Shown here: positions 1 to 11,668 of the stretch, in pieces
How the letters are laid out: each line of letters begins with the position of its first letter
How positions within the stretch are numbered: the first letter of the stretch is position 1
From: Octopus vulgaris
Taxonomy: Eukaryota
Direction: 5' to 3'
Assembly (NCBI GenBank): GCA_951406725.2
Contig: OX597828.1
Location: forward strand, 36,394,001-36,458,000
DNA: 64,000 bases
The notes under the pieces: model-generated
What the model was told of the DNA's origin: nothing
Database searches by the model: none
Seen by the model: only the letters and a program-made list of their open reading frames with translations
Made by a program: the position numbers and the translations under genes

Positions 1-321
1 GTCATGACTGACCATGGGATTGCACCTAGAAAGTTACCCTCCAGGGCACAAGTCCAGGCAAGACTATCTATAGAAGACCAGCAGTTGCCCATGCATACCA
101 GCCTCTCCTCTCCATGCAATTGATGTTATCCAAGGAAAAGGCAAAGGCCGATAAAGTTTGGCACCAGTAACATCGCAACTCATTTCTACAGTTGAGTGGA
201 CTGGAGCAACGTGAAATAAAATGTCTTGCTCAAGAACACAACACACAGCCCAGTCCAGGAATTGAACTCACTACCTCATGACTGCAAGCCAGACACTCTA
301 ACCACTGAGTCACATGCCTTC
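1..321 (-). mobile_element. tRNA-derived SINE, family A (cut by the window start)
   Basis: The reverse complement starts GAAGGCATGTGACTCAGTGGTTAGAG (A-box-like) and has GAGTTCAATTCC (B-box-like). The body is homologous to copies at 3091, 51693 and 62874. Confidence 0.85.
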
Positions 322-660
322 ATATTTTGTTTAATATAATATCTATTAAATTATTTCTTTGGAAATGAGAAGTTCTGATCCAATAGACCCATGATTAAAA
401 GAGATTCCAGCCTATGACCAACCAATTCCTTTGTCTGCTTTTCTTTCTTTGCAGGCATAATGTACCCCTGACCACATTATCCAATATGTATTTTTTATCC
501 TGAAGATTGTATTCTGATTTAAGGAGGGATTTAACTGCTATTTCTTGCTAGTCATATGATCTTTCAGTGACATGTTCATTGGCCTGAGGGAGAAGGTGTT
601 CATGAAAGGTGACTCAGCTCGATTGATTTTAAGTTTTCCCTCTTTTATTTTATCTTATTT

Positions 661-738
661 GTGTGCATGTGTGTTGTGTGTGCGTGTGTGTGTTGTGTGT
701 GTGTGTGTTTGTGTTGTGTGTATGTGTGTGTGTTTGTG

Positions 739-823
<85 letters not shown>

Positions 824-865
824 GTGTGTGTGTGTTGTGTGTGTGTATGTGTTGTATGTGTGTGC
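661..865. repeat. (TG)n microsatellite, imperfect at the edges
   Basis: Long GT dinucleotide run, directly visible. Confidence 0.97.
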
Positions 866-971
866 TTGTTAAATGTCATTCGTCTCTTTCTAATAAAGCT
901 TCATAAATAAACTCTTGATATGACATAACATTGTCTTTCAGTTAATTCAAAATCAATCACAATGAAATGCA

Positions 972-1130
972 AGGTGGTGGCGGCGGTGATGGCGGCGGTG
1001 TCGGTGGTGGTGGTGATGGCGGCGGTGGTGGTGGCGGTGGTGGTGGTGGTGGTGGTGGTGGTGGTGGTGGTGATGGTGGAGGCTGCTGCTGTTGTTGCTG
1101 TTGTTGCTGCGATTGTTGTGATTGCTGTTC
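972..1130. repeat. (GGT/GGC)n followed by (GTT/GCT)n trinucleotide tract
   Basis: Directly visible. It reads poly-Gln/poly-Pro or poly-His on the minus strand. Confidence 0.9.
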
Positions 1131-1528
1131 TGCAGTGTATATGTTGCTTTGGTATCTTCTGTCATAACACGCATTCCTCATCCTTGACAAAAAGGAAGTT
1201 TCCTTCCTTTCATCTGCTGCAGGGGACCCCCCAACCACTGAGCCGCAGACCAATAACAGGCTGTGGATCATTTAGTACAGGGGGCCACACAGAAAGAATA
1301 AATTTAAAAATCTTATTTCTATTGCAGTCTGCAGGGTGTTTTTTGCATTACATATGTTTTAAATATGTAATAATTAATTTACATATTGTGCACTGTATTG
1401 AGTTTTTTTCCACATATGACGTTATCCGCTGGTATGTGGAAAAATTATCTTGCCTGAAACCACTTCCATGGTGCAAAAATGGTTTGGGGCAGCTCATTTA
1501 CAGGACTCGCAAGTACCTTCTACTATAT

Positions 1529-1720
1529 TATTCTTTATTGCCCACAAGGGGCTAAATATAGAGGGGACAAACATGGACAGACAAAAGAATTAAGTCGATT
1601 ACATCGACCCCTGTGCGAACTGGTACTTTATTTATTGACCCCAAAAGGATGAAAGGCAAAGTCGACCTCGGCGGAATTTAAACTCAGAACGTAACGACAG
1701 AAGAAATACCGCTAAGCATT
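1529..1720 (-). mobile_element. SINE family B, 5'-truncated copy
   Basis: Contains AAAGGATGAAAGGCAAAGTCGACCTCGGCGGAATT, shared with copies at 12925, 13215, 45882, 50167 and 60303. Confidence 0.8.
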
Positions 1721-1834
1721 ACCTTCTACTATAGGCTCAAGCTAATCAAAGCCTTGCGAGTGGATTTGATAGAAAGAAACTGTAAGAAGCCCATCACATG
1801 CATGTGGGTGTGTACCCATGACTTGGAATCACAT

Positions 1835-1990
1835 GGTGGTGATAATGATGATGGTGGTGGTGATGGTGGTATTGACGATGATGATGATGATGATGAAAAT
1901 GACAACGATGATAATGGTGAAGATGATGATGATAATTGTGATGATGATGATAATGACAATGATGACAAAGATGATGATGATGATGATGCT
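1835..1990. repeat. degenerate (GAT/GAC/AAT)n tract
   Basis: Directly visible trinucleotide periodicity. Confidence 0.9.
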
Positions 1991-2900
1991 GTACTCTACC
2001 CGGCCTTTGTCTTAGACTCACCCACAGAGAAGCACAGTTAGGTTGCCCCCCCTCCGTGGCTAAGGAACCTTTCTCAGCCCCTCTCTCAGACAAATGCTCT
2101 GACAAAAAGTAGGGACCCAGCACTCCTTTCACTATCATCTGCACTGCTCTGTGTCCCCTTCTCACCCTGCAGCTACATTGTTGCTGAACTTATGCTGGGT
2201 GTATGTGTGTGTGTGTGTGTAAGAGAAACTACAATAGAGTACAAAGTGTGAATGAAGAATATATGTGAGACAAAGAGAGGGAGAGAAAGAAAGCAAAAAA
2301 TAAAGAGAGAAATAGATAGAAAGATAGATAGATAGAGAGAGACAGAGAGAGAGAGAGAGAAGGTGAGCTTGAAAGGTGGGATCTATTAATAGATATTAGT
2401 TATTTTTAAAAAATGTCAAACAATGAACTGAAGTGTTGCTTATACTCAACCGAAATGTCACTCCCAGACTCCCACCCACCGCCAAGCTTAGGAACAAGTT
2501 CCAATGTTTCACTTAAAGTCAGCAAATTGCTACTTCAGATCAACTTTGGTCACAGACAGGAATGATGAGGTGGCGACCACGACGGTGCAGGGAGCGGAGG
2601 GGGGTGGGGTGGCGGTGCCAGGAGGTATTTGTTATCTGTTTGCTTCCTGTGGTTGTTATTGTTGGTGTTGTTGTTGTTGTGATGGTTGTGTGGGGGGGAG
2701 GGGGTTCTGTACCTTCCTCCACCCAACTTGTGCTCCTCTTGTGTGTGTGTGTGTTTTTTTTTTTTTGCTGTTACTGCTGTTTTAGGTTTGTTCTTTTTCT
2801 TTGTGTTTTATTTTAATTGATTTACAAGATTAACACTTTATGCTTTGTGATTAGAACTAGAGATCTAGATCTCCTCTAATATTACATTTTCCCCCATTTC

Positions 2901-3083
<183 letters not shown>

Positions 3084-3090
3084 TATACAT

Positions 3091-3424
3091 GAAGGTGCAT
3101 GGCTTAGTGGTTAGAGTGTCGAGCTTACGATCGTGAGGTTGTGAGTTCGAATCCCAGACCGGGCTGCGTGTTGTGTTCTTGAGCAAAACACTTTATTTCA
3201 CGTTACTTCAGTTCACTCAGCTCTAGAAAGGAGTTGTGACATCACAGGTGCCAAGCTGCATCATCCCCTTTGCCTTTCCCTTGGATAACACTGGTGGTGT
3301 GGAGAAGGGAGGCCGGTATGTATGGGCAACTGCTGGTCTTCCATAAACAACCTTGCCCGGACTTGTGCCTGGGAGGGTAACTTTCTAGGTGCAGTCCCAT
3401 GGTCAATCATGACCGAAGGGGGTC
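3091..3424 (+). mobile_element. tRNA-derived SINE, family A, full length
   Basis: A box TGGCTTAGTGG and B box GAGTTCGAATCC, then GTGTTGTGTTCTTGAGCAA body, ending CATGACCGAAGGGGGTC. Several homologous copies in the window. Confidence 0.85.
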
Positions 3425-4581
3425 CCAGCATGCATATACATATTTGTATATATATACATCATCATCATTTAACGTATGTTTTCCATGCTGGCATGTGTTA
3501 GACAGTTTGACTGAAAACTGGTAAGCTGAGAAGCTGCACCAGGTTCAAATCTGATTCGGCATGATTTTTATGGCTGGATGCCCTTCCTAACACACACACA
3601 TGCACACACACATACACACAGATGTATATGTATGAAATGTTTCCACATATAAATTAGATACACACATCACTATCATCATTGTCATCATCATCATTATTTT
3701 ACCATCCATTTTCTATGCTGTCTTGGATTGAACATTTTAACAGAATCTGGGCTGCACTGAGCTCCAGTGTCTACTTTGGCATGTTTTCTATGGCTGGATG
3801 ACCAACTGACCAATGGGAACAGTTCATGACATATCAAGCAGGCAACTTAAACTGCTTTAGCAAATCTTTTTTGTTTCTTTCTTTTATAGGAAACAGATGG
3901 AGATTAGCTCAGACCTTCTATTTAATTTGTTACAATCCAGCAATAAAACATTAAAATTTTCTGATAAGCTAAATATATTCATCTTTGAGACCTGCCAATA
4001 AATGGATCAATTTCAATGACTGACCAATTGATTCTGATTCTGTTGGTGAGTTTCTCTTTTTCAAATCTTAGACATACTAAGATAATGAAGATGTGTTTCA
4101 TTTGTCAGTATGTTTGAATGAATATATGTGACAAATATACCTACTCTTAAAAGTGTTCTCAGTAATGCCAATACAATTTTTATTCAACACCAATAGCGTT
4201 CTCAGCACAGAATAAAAATGTCTTTGTGAATCACTTTCCATCAAGAGGGACGGGTGTAAAATTACTTCTATTGCAATTTCTGTTATTGATCATGGTTATA
4301 ACAGTTACCAAATTTGGGGTACAACTCTGACTTTGAAGATATTTTTATTGAGGGTATGCAAAAAAGATGATTGTGTGAGAAGTGTTTGTGTATATATGCT
4401 ATAGAAAGTTAATGGTTATATTGAAAGTGAGGAATTAGGTTGAACCTTCCAAGCACCATTTTTTCTGCTTTATATTATTTCAATGCTGATATACTCTCTC
4501 TTTTAACACGTCACTGTAATGATCTGCAATACTACTAAAAAATACCACATCTAAAGATATGTTTGAGAGTCATCTATCATC

Positions 4582-4850
4582 CATCATCATCATCATTTAA
4601 GTCCGTTTTCCATGCTAGCATGGGTTGGATGATTTGACTGAGGTCTGGCAAACCAGATGGCTGCACCAGACTCCAATCTTGATCTGGCAGAGTTTCTACA
4701 GCTGGATGCCCTTCCTAATGCCAACCACTCCGAGAGTGTAGTGGGTGCTTTTACGTGCTACTGGCATGAGGGCCAGTCAGGTGGTACTGGCAATGACCAC
4801 ACTCAAATGGTGCTTTTTATATGCTACCTGCACAGGAGCCTGTTCAGCGG
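4582..4850 (-). mobile_element. family D retro-element 3' part with (GAT)n tail
   Basis: (CAT)n followed by CCGTTTTCCATGCTAGCATGGGTTGGA...GCTGGATGCCCTTCCTAA. The same module recurs at about 3458, 14464, 36378, 52700, 53950, 56800 and 58592. Confidence 0.8.
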
Positions 4851-5135
4851 CTCAAATGTTTTTTCATGTGCCAATGTTTCTAAATTGTTTTACATTGATG
4901 TAATGAAATTTTTTTATTAGGTTTTCCATATGAGTAATACATGAAAGTATTCAAGTCTGAAGTTATAACTAGGAAGGTCACAGCTCTGATGTTAGTCGTC
5001 ATGATAAACTTTAAATTAAATGCTCTGGAAGTTTTAATCAAATATTTTCTTAGTCTGTCTGCATGTGTCAGTTCACATGATGAAAATTTCAGCCATCATT
5101 GTGATCTACAATGTAAAAACCTACTTTATTACATG

Positions 5136-5345
5136 AACAGAGCTCAGACGCATGCCTGGGAGGACCCCAATATGGGTTTTCGCGAGGAATACTCACTAAG
5201 AGAGAGAATTCGCCGGAGGAACCTGATATCCGAGCTAAAGATGAGGAAACAAATGGGAGAGAAGGGTTTACGAATCCAAGATGGACAGATAATCAAGTCC
5301 TACCTCTGGTCCCATGCTGTAGTGCTGACAGGGAAAGTGATGTGA
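5136..5345 (+). pseudogene. LINE ORF1 C-terminal remnant
   Basis: REEYSLRERIRRRNLISELKMRKQMGEKGLRIQDGQII resembles the ORF1 C-terminus of CR1-type LINEs. It ends at a TGA just before ORF2. Confidence 0.6.
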
Positions 5346-5409
5346 GGGCAAATCGAAGTGAAGTTGATACCCCCGTCAACGATGCTATCTCTGATGCCCT
5401 TTATTCTGC

Positions 5410-8227
5410 TTGTTCCCCAACTCCGCCCCTCAGACTTCACAGCTCAGCATCGTCTACACCAACTCGTGCTCCTTATTCCCAAAGTTCAGTGAACTATTTA
5501 CACTGGCCCTACGCGACTCCCCTGATGTGACAGCTATCACCGAGACTTGGCTGACTCCAGCAGTAAAGGACTCAGAATCCACCTGCAGGGCTACGTCCTT
5601 TTCAGATGTGACAGAGGAAAAAGGCGAGGTGGAGGTGTTGCTGTGTATGTTAAGTCTGAGCACAAACCGTCCTGCGGTATTCTACCCACAAATGCTCAAC
5701 CTACAACCAAATTCGATGCCGTCTATTGCAAGCTGAGCCTATCTGAGTTTTGCCTGCTCGTGTTGGCTGTCTACAGGCCGCCTCTAGCCGACCCCCAGGA
5801 CGATGCTCATCTACTCGAAGCGATAAGATTCGTTTCAGCTTCGCATGACTGCTTGGTACTAGGCGACTTCAACGCTCCCACGATCGATTGGCCCGCATCA
5901 ATTTGTACAACATCTTCCCGGTTCGGCCAGGCCCTTCTTGACGTGGCTGAAGATTGTTTTCTATCGCAACATGTTGAATATCCGACAAGGCATCGGTCTG
6001 GGCTGCAGCCATCTATGCTAGATCTGGTATTCTCCCGCTATCCAAGATCAGTGTCAGACATATCTGTGTGCGCCCCTCTTGCCAAGAGTGATCATGCGGT
6101 CCTGAAGTTCGTCATGCACACAACTTTTTCCACGCCCACGATTACTTCGCTGCCACGTAGAGTCTTCTCTGCAATTAATCTTGAAATTCTAACCGAGGCT
6201 TCCGCGCTACTGGACTGGCGTTCCCTGATGACGTTGTCCTCAGTTGACGAACTATGGTCATCCCTCAAAGCATATGTAATCTGTTTGACTGACCAGGCAG
6301 TTCCCGTTGGACTTCCCAAGAGGAAGAAACACAAGCCCTGGGTGATGAAGAAGGTTAAACGAGAACGTCGACTCAGAGATATTGCTTGGGCTGAATTCAA
6401 AAATCTGGATTCGACTGCAGCTTTTGAGGTGTACAAAACTCAACGAGACCGAGCCGTGAAAATTGAAAAGAAAGAACGCTTCAGTTATGAATACAAAATC
6501 GCGGCAAATGCCAGTAGCAATCCAAAAACCTTCTTTGCCCATGTCCAGCGGAATTCCCGCTTGAACAACCAGATTGCAACGTTGGTAGACTCAACAGGCG
6601 TATCGATTGAGGACCCTTATCAACAGAGTCAATTATTTGCGAGGCTTTTTCAACTATTTTCAAACAAGATGATGGTCGTGAACCCCCTCCATTTGATAGA
6701 TCGGTACCTCCAATGCTTCAATTGATCATCACGCGGGACCAAGTCAAACGGGTTATTCAAGGCCTCGATGTCAACAAGGGTCACGGCCCTGACGGCATAC
6801 ACCCACGGGTTATCAAAGCGTTGGCTCCGGTCATCTGCGAGCCCTTAACACGACTATTCAATATGTCATTGGCGACGGGTGTTATACCTGCAGACTGGAG
6901 AACAGCGATAATCTGCCCAATTTTCAAGAAAGGGAGCCGCGAAGACCCGCTTAACTACCGACCGGTTTCCCTTACATCAATAATCAGCAAGATGTTCGAA
7001 ACCATCCTTAAGAAAAGTATGATGCTCCACCTCCTAAACACAGCCTCGATCACTGATTCCCAACACGGCTTCGTGCCGAAGAGATCATGCTTGACCAACT
7101 TACTAGTAATGGAAGAATTGGTGACGCGCATCCTCGATGATAGTGATGCTGTTGACATCGTTTTATTGGACTTTGCCAAAGCTTTTGACTCGGTAAACCA
7201 TCGCCTACTACTTGTCAAGCTTCAAGCATATAGTTTCCATCCGGATATTGTACGATGGGTTGGTGCCTTCCTCTCAGATCGCTCCTTCCAAGTTCAAGTT
7301 AATGGTTCGCGGTCCGACGTCTCCAGTGCGAGCAGTGGCGTGCCTCAAGGTTCAGTGCTTGGGCCCTTGTTGTTCTTAGTCTTCATAAATGACTTGCCCG
7401 ACGACCTCACGCAACACACCCTTCTATTTGCCGACGATATCAAACTGGTTGCTCCTCGCGGTAGTATAGAGGATCTCCGTCGATGCCTCCACCAAATTTG
7501 GAAGTGGTCTAACGATTGGGACCTGAGTCTGAACGTGTCAAAGTGCTGTCATCTGCCTGTCGGCTCTACTCCTGCAACTCAACTCGATTTCGAGCCGGGT
7601 CGTCTGCTGCTGGAGAGGACCGATCAGGTAAAGGACCTGGGTATCTTGGTGGATTCCTCCTTTTCGCCTTCGGCCCAGTGCGTCCATGCTGCCAACAATG
7701 CGCGCGGAATTCTGTTTTTGATTCGACGGTCATTCGGAATGCTCACAGCAGCCATATTCCTGCCACTCTATGTCACGCTGGTGAGACCCATATTGGAGTA
7801 TGGGATTCAAGCCTCTTCTCCTTATCTCCTCAAAGACATACAGCACCTCGAAAGAGTCCAGAGGCTGGCTACCCGCATGGTTCATGGTCTCAAAAATTTG
7901 TCCTACGAAGAAAGGCTGAGGACGCTCGACCTTTGTTCTCTTGAAAAACGCCGCCGCCGTGGTGATCTCATTCTCGCCCACAACATCATAAGCGGGAAGT
8001 GTAACCTCTCGAAAGAGCTGTTCTTCACTCCTGCTCCGGAGTGTCGGCTGCGGGGTCATTCCGAAAAGCTCTACCTGCGACGATTTCATCTCAATCGAAG
8101 GAGAGGAGCTTTCTCCATCCGGGTTGCGGATCCGTGGAACAAGCTGCCAGACGAGATGGTGAAGATGTCGACGACCGCTTTGTTCAAAGCCTCCCTGGAC
8201 CTCAAGTGGCCTGAACTCTTTACATGA
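5410..8227 (+). pseudogene. LINE ORF2, APE endonuclease plus reverse transcriptase, split by two 1-bp frameshifts (about 5577 and 6648)
   Basis: EN motifs: IVYTN, AITETWL, RCDR...RGGGVAVYVK, AVYRPP, LGDFN, MLDLVFS, SDH. RT motifs: GPDGI, NYRPVSLTS, QHGF, LDFAKAFDSVNH, GVPQGSVLGPLLF, LFADDIKL. CR1-type C-terminus LRGHSEKL...FSIRVADPWNKLP. Confidence 0.93.
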
Positions 8228-8557
8228 ACACCACCCTGTACTTAACTCCATGTCCCCCTACATGGCCTTGCTATTTGCTTTTGAGCCAAATTAACTAACT
8301 AACTAACTAACATGTGAGTGAGAACACTTTGAGATATTTTTGGTATCTAACATATGTCAGATACTGCGAGCGCTGCTTCTGATTGGTCAATCCATGGTGA
8401 TGACCCAAGGTCACGGTGACAGCGCTGCTTCTGACTGGTCAATTCATGATGATGACCCGAGGTCACTACTTTTGTCATTCATAAGTTACAACTAAACGTG
8501 AAGAATTTAGTTATTGGGTTAATAAAATATGGTCGTTTATTCGCGTGTAATAAATAA

Positions 8558-8658
8558 AATACCAAACTCATTCCCTATGGATACCGTATTTATTACAACT
8601 CGTTTACAAGCCACTCGTTGTAATAAATACGGTATCCATAGGGAACTCGTTTGGTATT
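8558..8658. repeat. hairpin with perfect 29-bp arms (8571-8599 / 8617-8645) and a 10-bp outer extension
   Basis: TTCCCTATGGATACCGTATTTATTACAAC is the exact reverse complement of GTTGTAATAAATACGGTATCCATAGGGAA. AATACCAAAC/GTTTGGTATT pair outside the core arms. Confidence 0.95.
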
Positions 8659-8995
8659 CTCTATAACTCACACAGTTCAGCTCCATCATAGCGACCCACT
8701 AAGATATTAGACCACAGTTCACTTCCATTTTTTTTTATCCAAGGAAAATCACCAAAGAAAAGCAGAGACTTTCTAACATAAATTATAACTTTAAAATCAT
8801 TTTCACTGATAGAGTGGCAAACTGGCAGCATTGTTAGCATGCCAGGCAAAATGCATAGCGACAGTTTGTCTATCTTTACATTCTGAATTCAAATTATGCT
8901 GCGGTTCCTTTCATCCTTTCAAGGCCAGTAAAATAAGTACCAGTTGCATGCTGGGGTTCATTTAATCAACACTCCCCTCCAGAACTTGTTGGCCT

Positions 8996-9417
8996 TACTC
9001 TTTACTCTTTTACTTGTTTCAGTCATTTGACTGTGGCCATGCTGGAGCACCGCCTTTTAGTCAAGCAAATCGACCCCAGGACTTATTCTTTGTAAGCCTA
9101 GTACTTATTCTATCAGTGTTTTTTGCAGAACCGCTAAGTTACAGGGACGTAAACACACCAGCATCGGTTGTCAAGCAATGTTGGGGAGACAAACATTGAC
9201 ACACAAACGTATATACACGCACACACACACACACATATATGTATATAAACATATATACGATAGGCTTCTTTCAGTTTCAGTCTACCAAATCCACTCACAA
9301 GGCTTTGGTCGGCCCAAGGCTATAGTAAAAGACACTTGCCCAAGATGCCATGAAATGGGACTGAACCCGGAACCATGTGGTTCGTAAGCAAACTACTTAC
9401 CACACGGCCACTCCTAC
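8996..9417 (-). mobile_element. tRNA-derived SINE, family C (CORE-like segment)
   Basis: Reverse complement of GGAGTGGCCGTGTGGTAAG...GGTTCAGTCCC...CTTGGGCAAGTGTCTT. Many copies in the window. Confidence 0.85.
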
Positions 9418-10036
9418 AGCTTGTGCCAAAACTTGAAACCTTTATCATTTCCACCAATAGAAATAAAAATATTGACAAACTTAAAAGTATTTTTGGAGAT
9501 GTGAAATTAGATGAATTACTTTCATTATTTTTTTATCAAGTACTAAACCACTTGAAAAGATGTCATTGTACTCTAAGGATAGTCTTGTAGCTGGTTTGAA
9601 ATTCTTAAGATAAAAATGTCTAGTATATGCGTACTTATTATACCTATTTCTATTTTAACTAGGTTAATTAGGGTACATTATGGGTCCGTATGGAAGTTGC
9701 CCTTATGATCTTCAACTGTAAAGTACAGGTTATGCCTGACTATATATTCTGATTTATCATCTATTTTTAGCTGGATTCCAGGTTTCTCTGTTTCTTTGGT
9801 AATTATATTGTATATGTAATAATGTTTTTATTTTCCTTGTTAGTCTTCTGAATATTGTCAGAGAGAAGCTGTGAATAATGTAGAATTACCAATTAAGTAT
9901 AGGATTACATTTGTTTTTGTTGAGGGCTTCATATACATAGCTGGAATTTTTAATTGCTTTTATGTTCATACACACACACACACAAAACAAAAAAACAAAG
10001 ATACATAAATAAATATATAAATAATGTATATGTATG

Positions 10037-10820
10037 TGGTGTGGCTGTGTGGTAAGAAGCTTGCTTCCCAGCCACATGGTTCCAGGTTCAGTTCCATTGC
10101 AGGGCACCTTGTGCAAGTGTCTTCTATAATAGCCTCGGACTGACCAAAAGCCTTGTCAATGGATTTGGTAGACGGAAACTGAAAGAAGCCCATCATATGT
10201 ACATAAATGTGTGTGTGTGTCTTTGGGTCTGTTTTTCCACCCATCACCACTTGACAACCAGTGTTTGTGTTTTTACGTCCCTGTAACTTAGCAGTTCAGC
10301 AAAATTGAGTGATAGAATAAGTACTAGGGTTAAAAATAAGTCCTGAGGTTAATCTATTCGTCTAAAACCCTTCAAGGTGGTGCTCCAGCATGGCCGCAGT
10401 CAAAATGGCTGAAACAAGTAAAAGAATAAAAGCATAAAATAATGTATGTATATATGCAGGAGTGGCTGTGTGGTAAGAAGCTTGCTTACCAACCACATGG
10501 GTCTGGGTTCAGTCCCACTGTGTGGCACCTTGGGCAAGTGTCTTCTACTATAACGTCAGGCCGACCAAAGCCTTGCGAGTGGATTTGGCAGACGGAAACT
10601 GAAAGAAGCCCGTCGTATATATGTGTGTGTGTGTGTGTGTTTGTTCCCCCACCATCGTTTGACAACCGATGTTGGTGTGTTTACGTTCCCATAACTTAGC
10701 GGTTCGGCAAAAGACAACAGCAGAATTGGCTTATAAGAATATGTCCTGGGATCGATTTGTTCGACTAAAGGCGGTGCTCCAGCATGGCTGCAGTCAAATG
10801 ACTGAAATAAGTAAAATAAT
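10037..10820 (+). mobile_element. two tandem family C SINE copies (about 10037-10430 and 10456-10820)
   Basis: Each has a GTGGCTGTGTGGTAAG head, a CACCTTG(G/T)GCAAGTGTCTT segment, an internal (TG)n and a GCTCCAGCATGGC..CAGTCAAATG..TGAAA 3' end. Confidence 0.85.
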
Positions 10821-10884
10821 GAAAGTATCTAAGTATGTATCTGCACACAAATATATATATATATATATAGTTTTATATATATAG

Positions 10885-11085
10885 TTAATCCAAACAAGAA
10901 AACACAAAAAAACACAGCAACGCGAGGACGTGGAACAAATAAAAAATTATTGGACGCTCAGGAAACAAGGAGGATTTAACGTTTCGAGCGGAGCTCTTCG
11001 TCTGAAACAAAGGAGAAGGAAAGATCCCGAGAAGGGAAGACAGAGGAAAAAAATTGTTGGCGGTGCTCACGAGGTCACATGTTGA
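10885..11085 (-). mobile_element. Penelope-like element terminal-repeat fragment with a degenerate hammerhead motif (10975-11007)
   Basis: Minus strand TTT-CAGACGA-A-GAGC-TCC-GCTC-GAAA-CGTT-AAA, embedded between (TA)n runs. A related motif is at 59163. Confidence 0.5.
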
Positions 11086-11208
11086 AAAAAAAAAAAATAT
11101 TTATATATATATATATATATATACATATATATATAATAGCACCAGGTGGTGCTATTAAGTTAGACATGGCCTGGGCCAATAATGGCCGAAACCTATCAAA
11201 GTATCAAA

Positions 11209-11242
<34 letters not shown>

Positions 11243-11463
11243 TGTGTGTGTGTGCGCGCACACAAATAACTTTAGGATGATAGAAGCGTTGCCTCAATTA
11301 GTAACACTTGTCAAGTCGTTGTCGCTCGTCTTTCGTCTGTTATATTTGGCATAGACTACTTAATGTTTGGTAATGCATACTTACTGTAGATAACATCTTA
11401 GTTCATTACAAGACCAATAACAACAACACACATCACGATCGATCGCATACAGACATATGTATA

Positions 11464-11668
11464 CAGGGTGGCCCAAAAGTAGGTTTACAGTGATTCAACT
11501 ATCTCTTTCGCATTCAGGTATTAGCAGTTTAGATCTTAATTATAAAAGAAAATATGAAACCATTATATTCTATGCTAATTTAGTTAATTGTAAGACAGAA
11601 ATTTAAATCTAATAAAACGTTTTAAAGTGCCTAAGTGATAACTGTAAACCTATTTTTGGGCCACCCTG
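11464..11668. mobile_element. Tc1/mariner-type MITE
   Basis: 28-bp TIRs CAGGGTGGCCCAAAAGTAGGTTTACAGT / ACTGTAAACCTATTTTTGGGCCACCCTG with 1 mismatch. TA on the left flank, CA on the right. Confidence 0.85.

Larger units (their letters stand above)
5136..8309 (+). mobile_element. CR1-group LINE, 5'-truncated within ORF1
   Basis: Abrupt GC-richer block containing an ORF1 C-terminal remnant, an EN-RT ORF2, a short 3' UTR and a (TAAC)n tail at about 8292-8309. ACATG occurs at both junctions (5131-5135 and 8310-8314) and is a possible short target-site duplication. Confidence 0.92.

Noticed and set aside
572-910. ORFs rich in CV/HT/YI repeats here and at about 2857, 11899, 30288, 31246, 35785 and 52431
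   Set aside because: They are translations of TG, TA and TATG microsatellites, with no splice or homology support.
3091-3170. tRNA-like sequences at SINE heads (also 13217, 47704, 54611, 62874)
   Set aside because: They have A/B boxes but continue into repeated SINE bodies and lack a clean cloverleaf, so they are not tRNA genes.
6092-8251. Minus-strand and alternate-frame ORFs overlapping the LINE
   Set aside because: Shadow frames of the GC-richer ORF2, with no recognisable motifs.
9014-9387. Recurring short ORFs such as DRLLSVSVYQIHSQG..DTCPRCH..GLNPEPCG
   Set aside because: They recur because they are translations of SINE family C, not a gene family.
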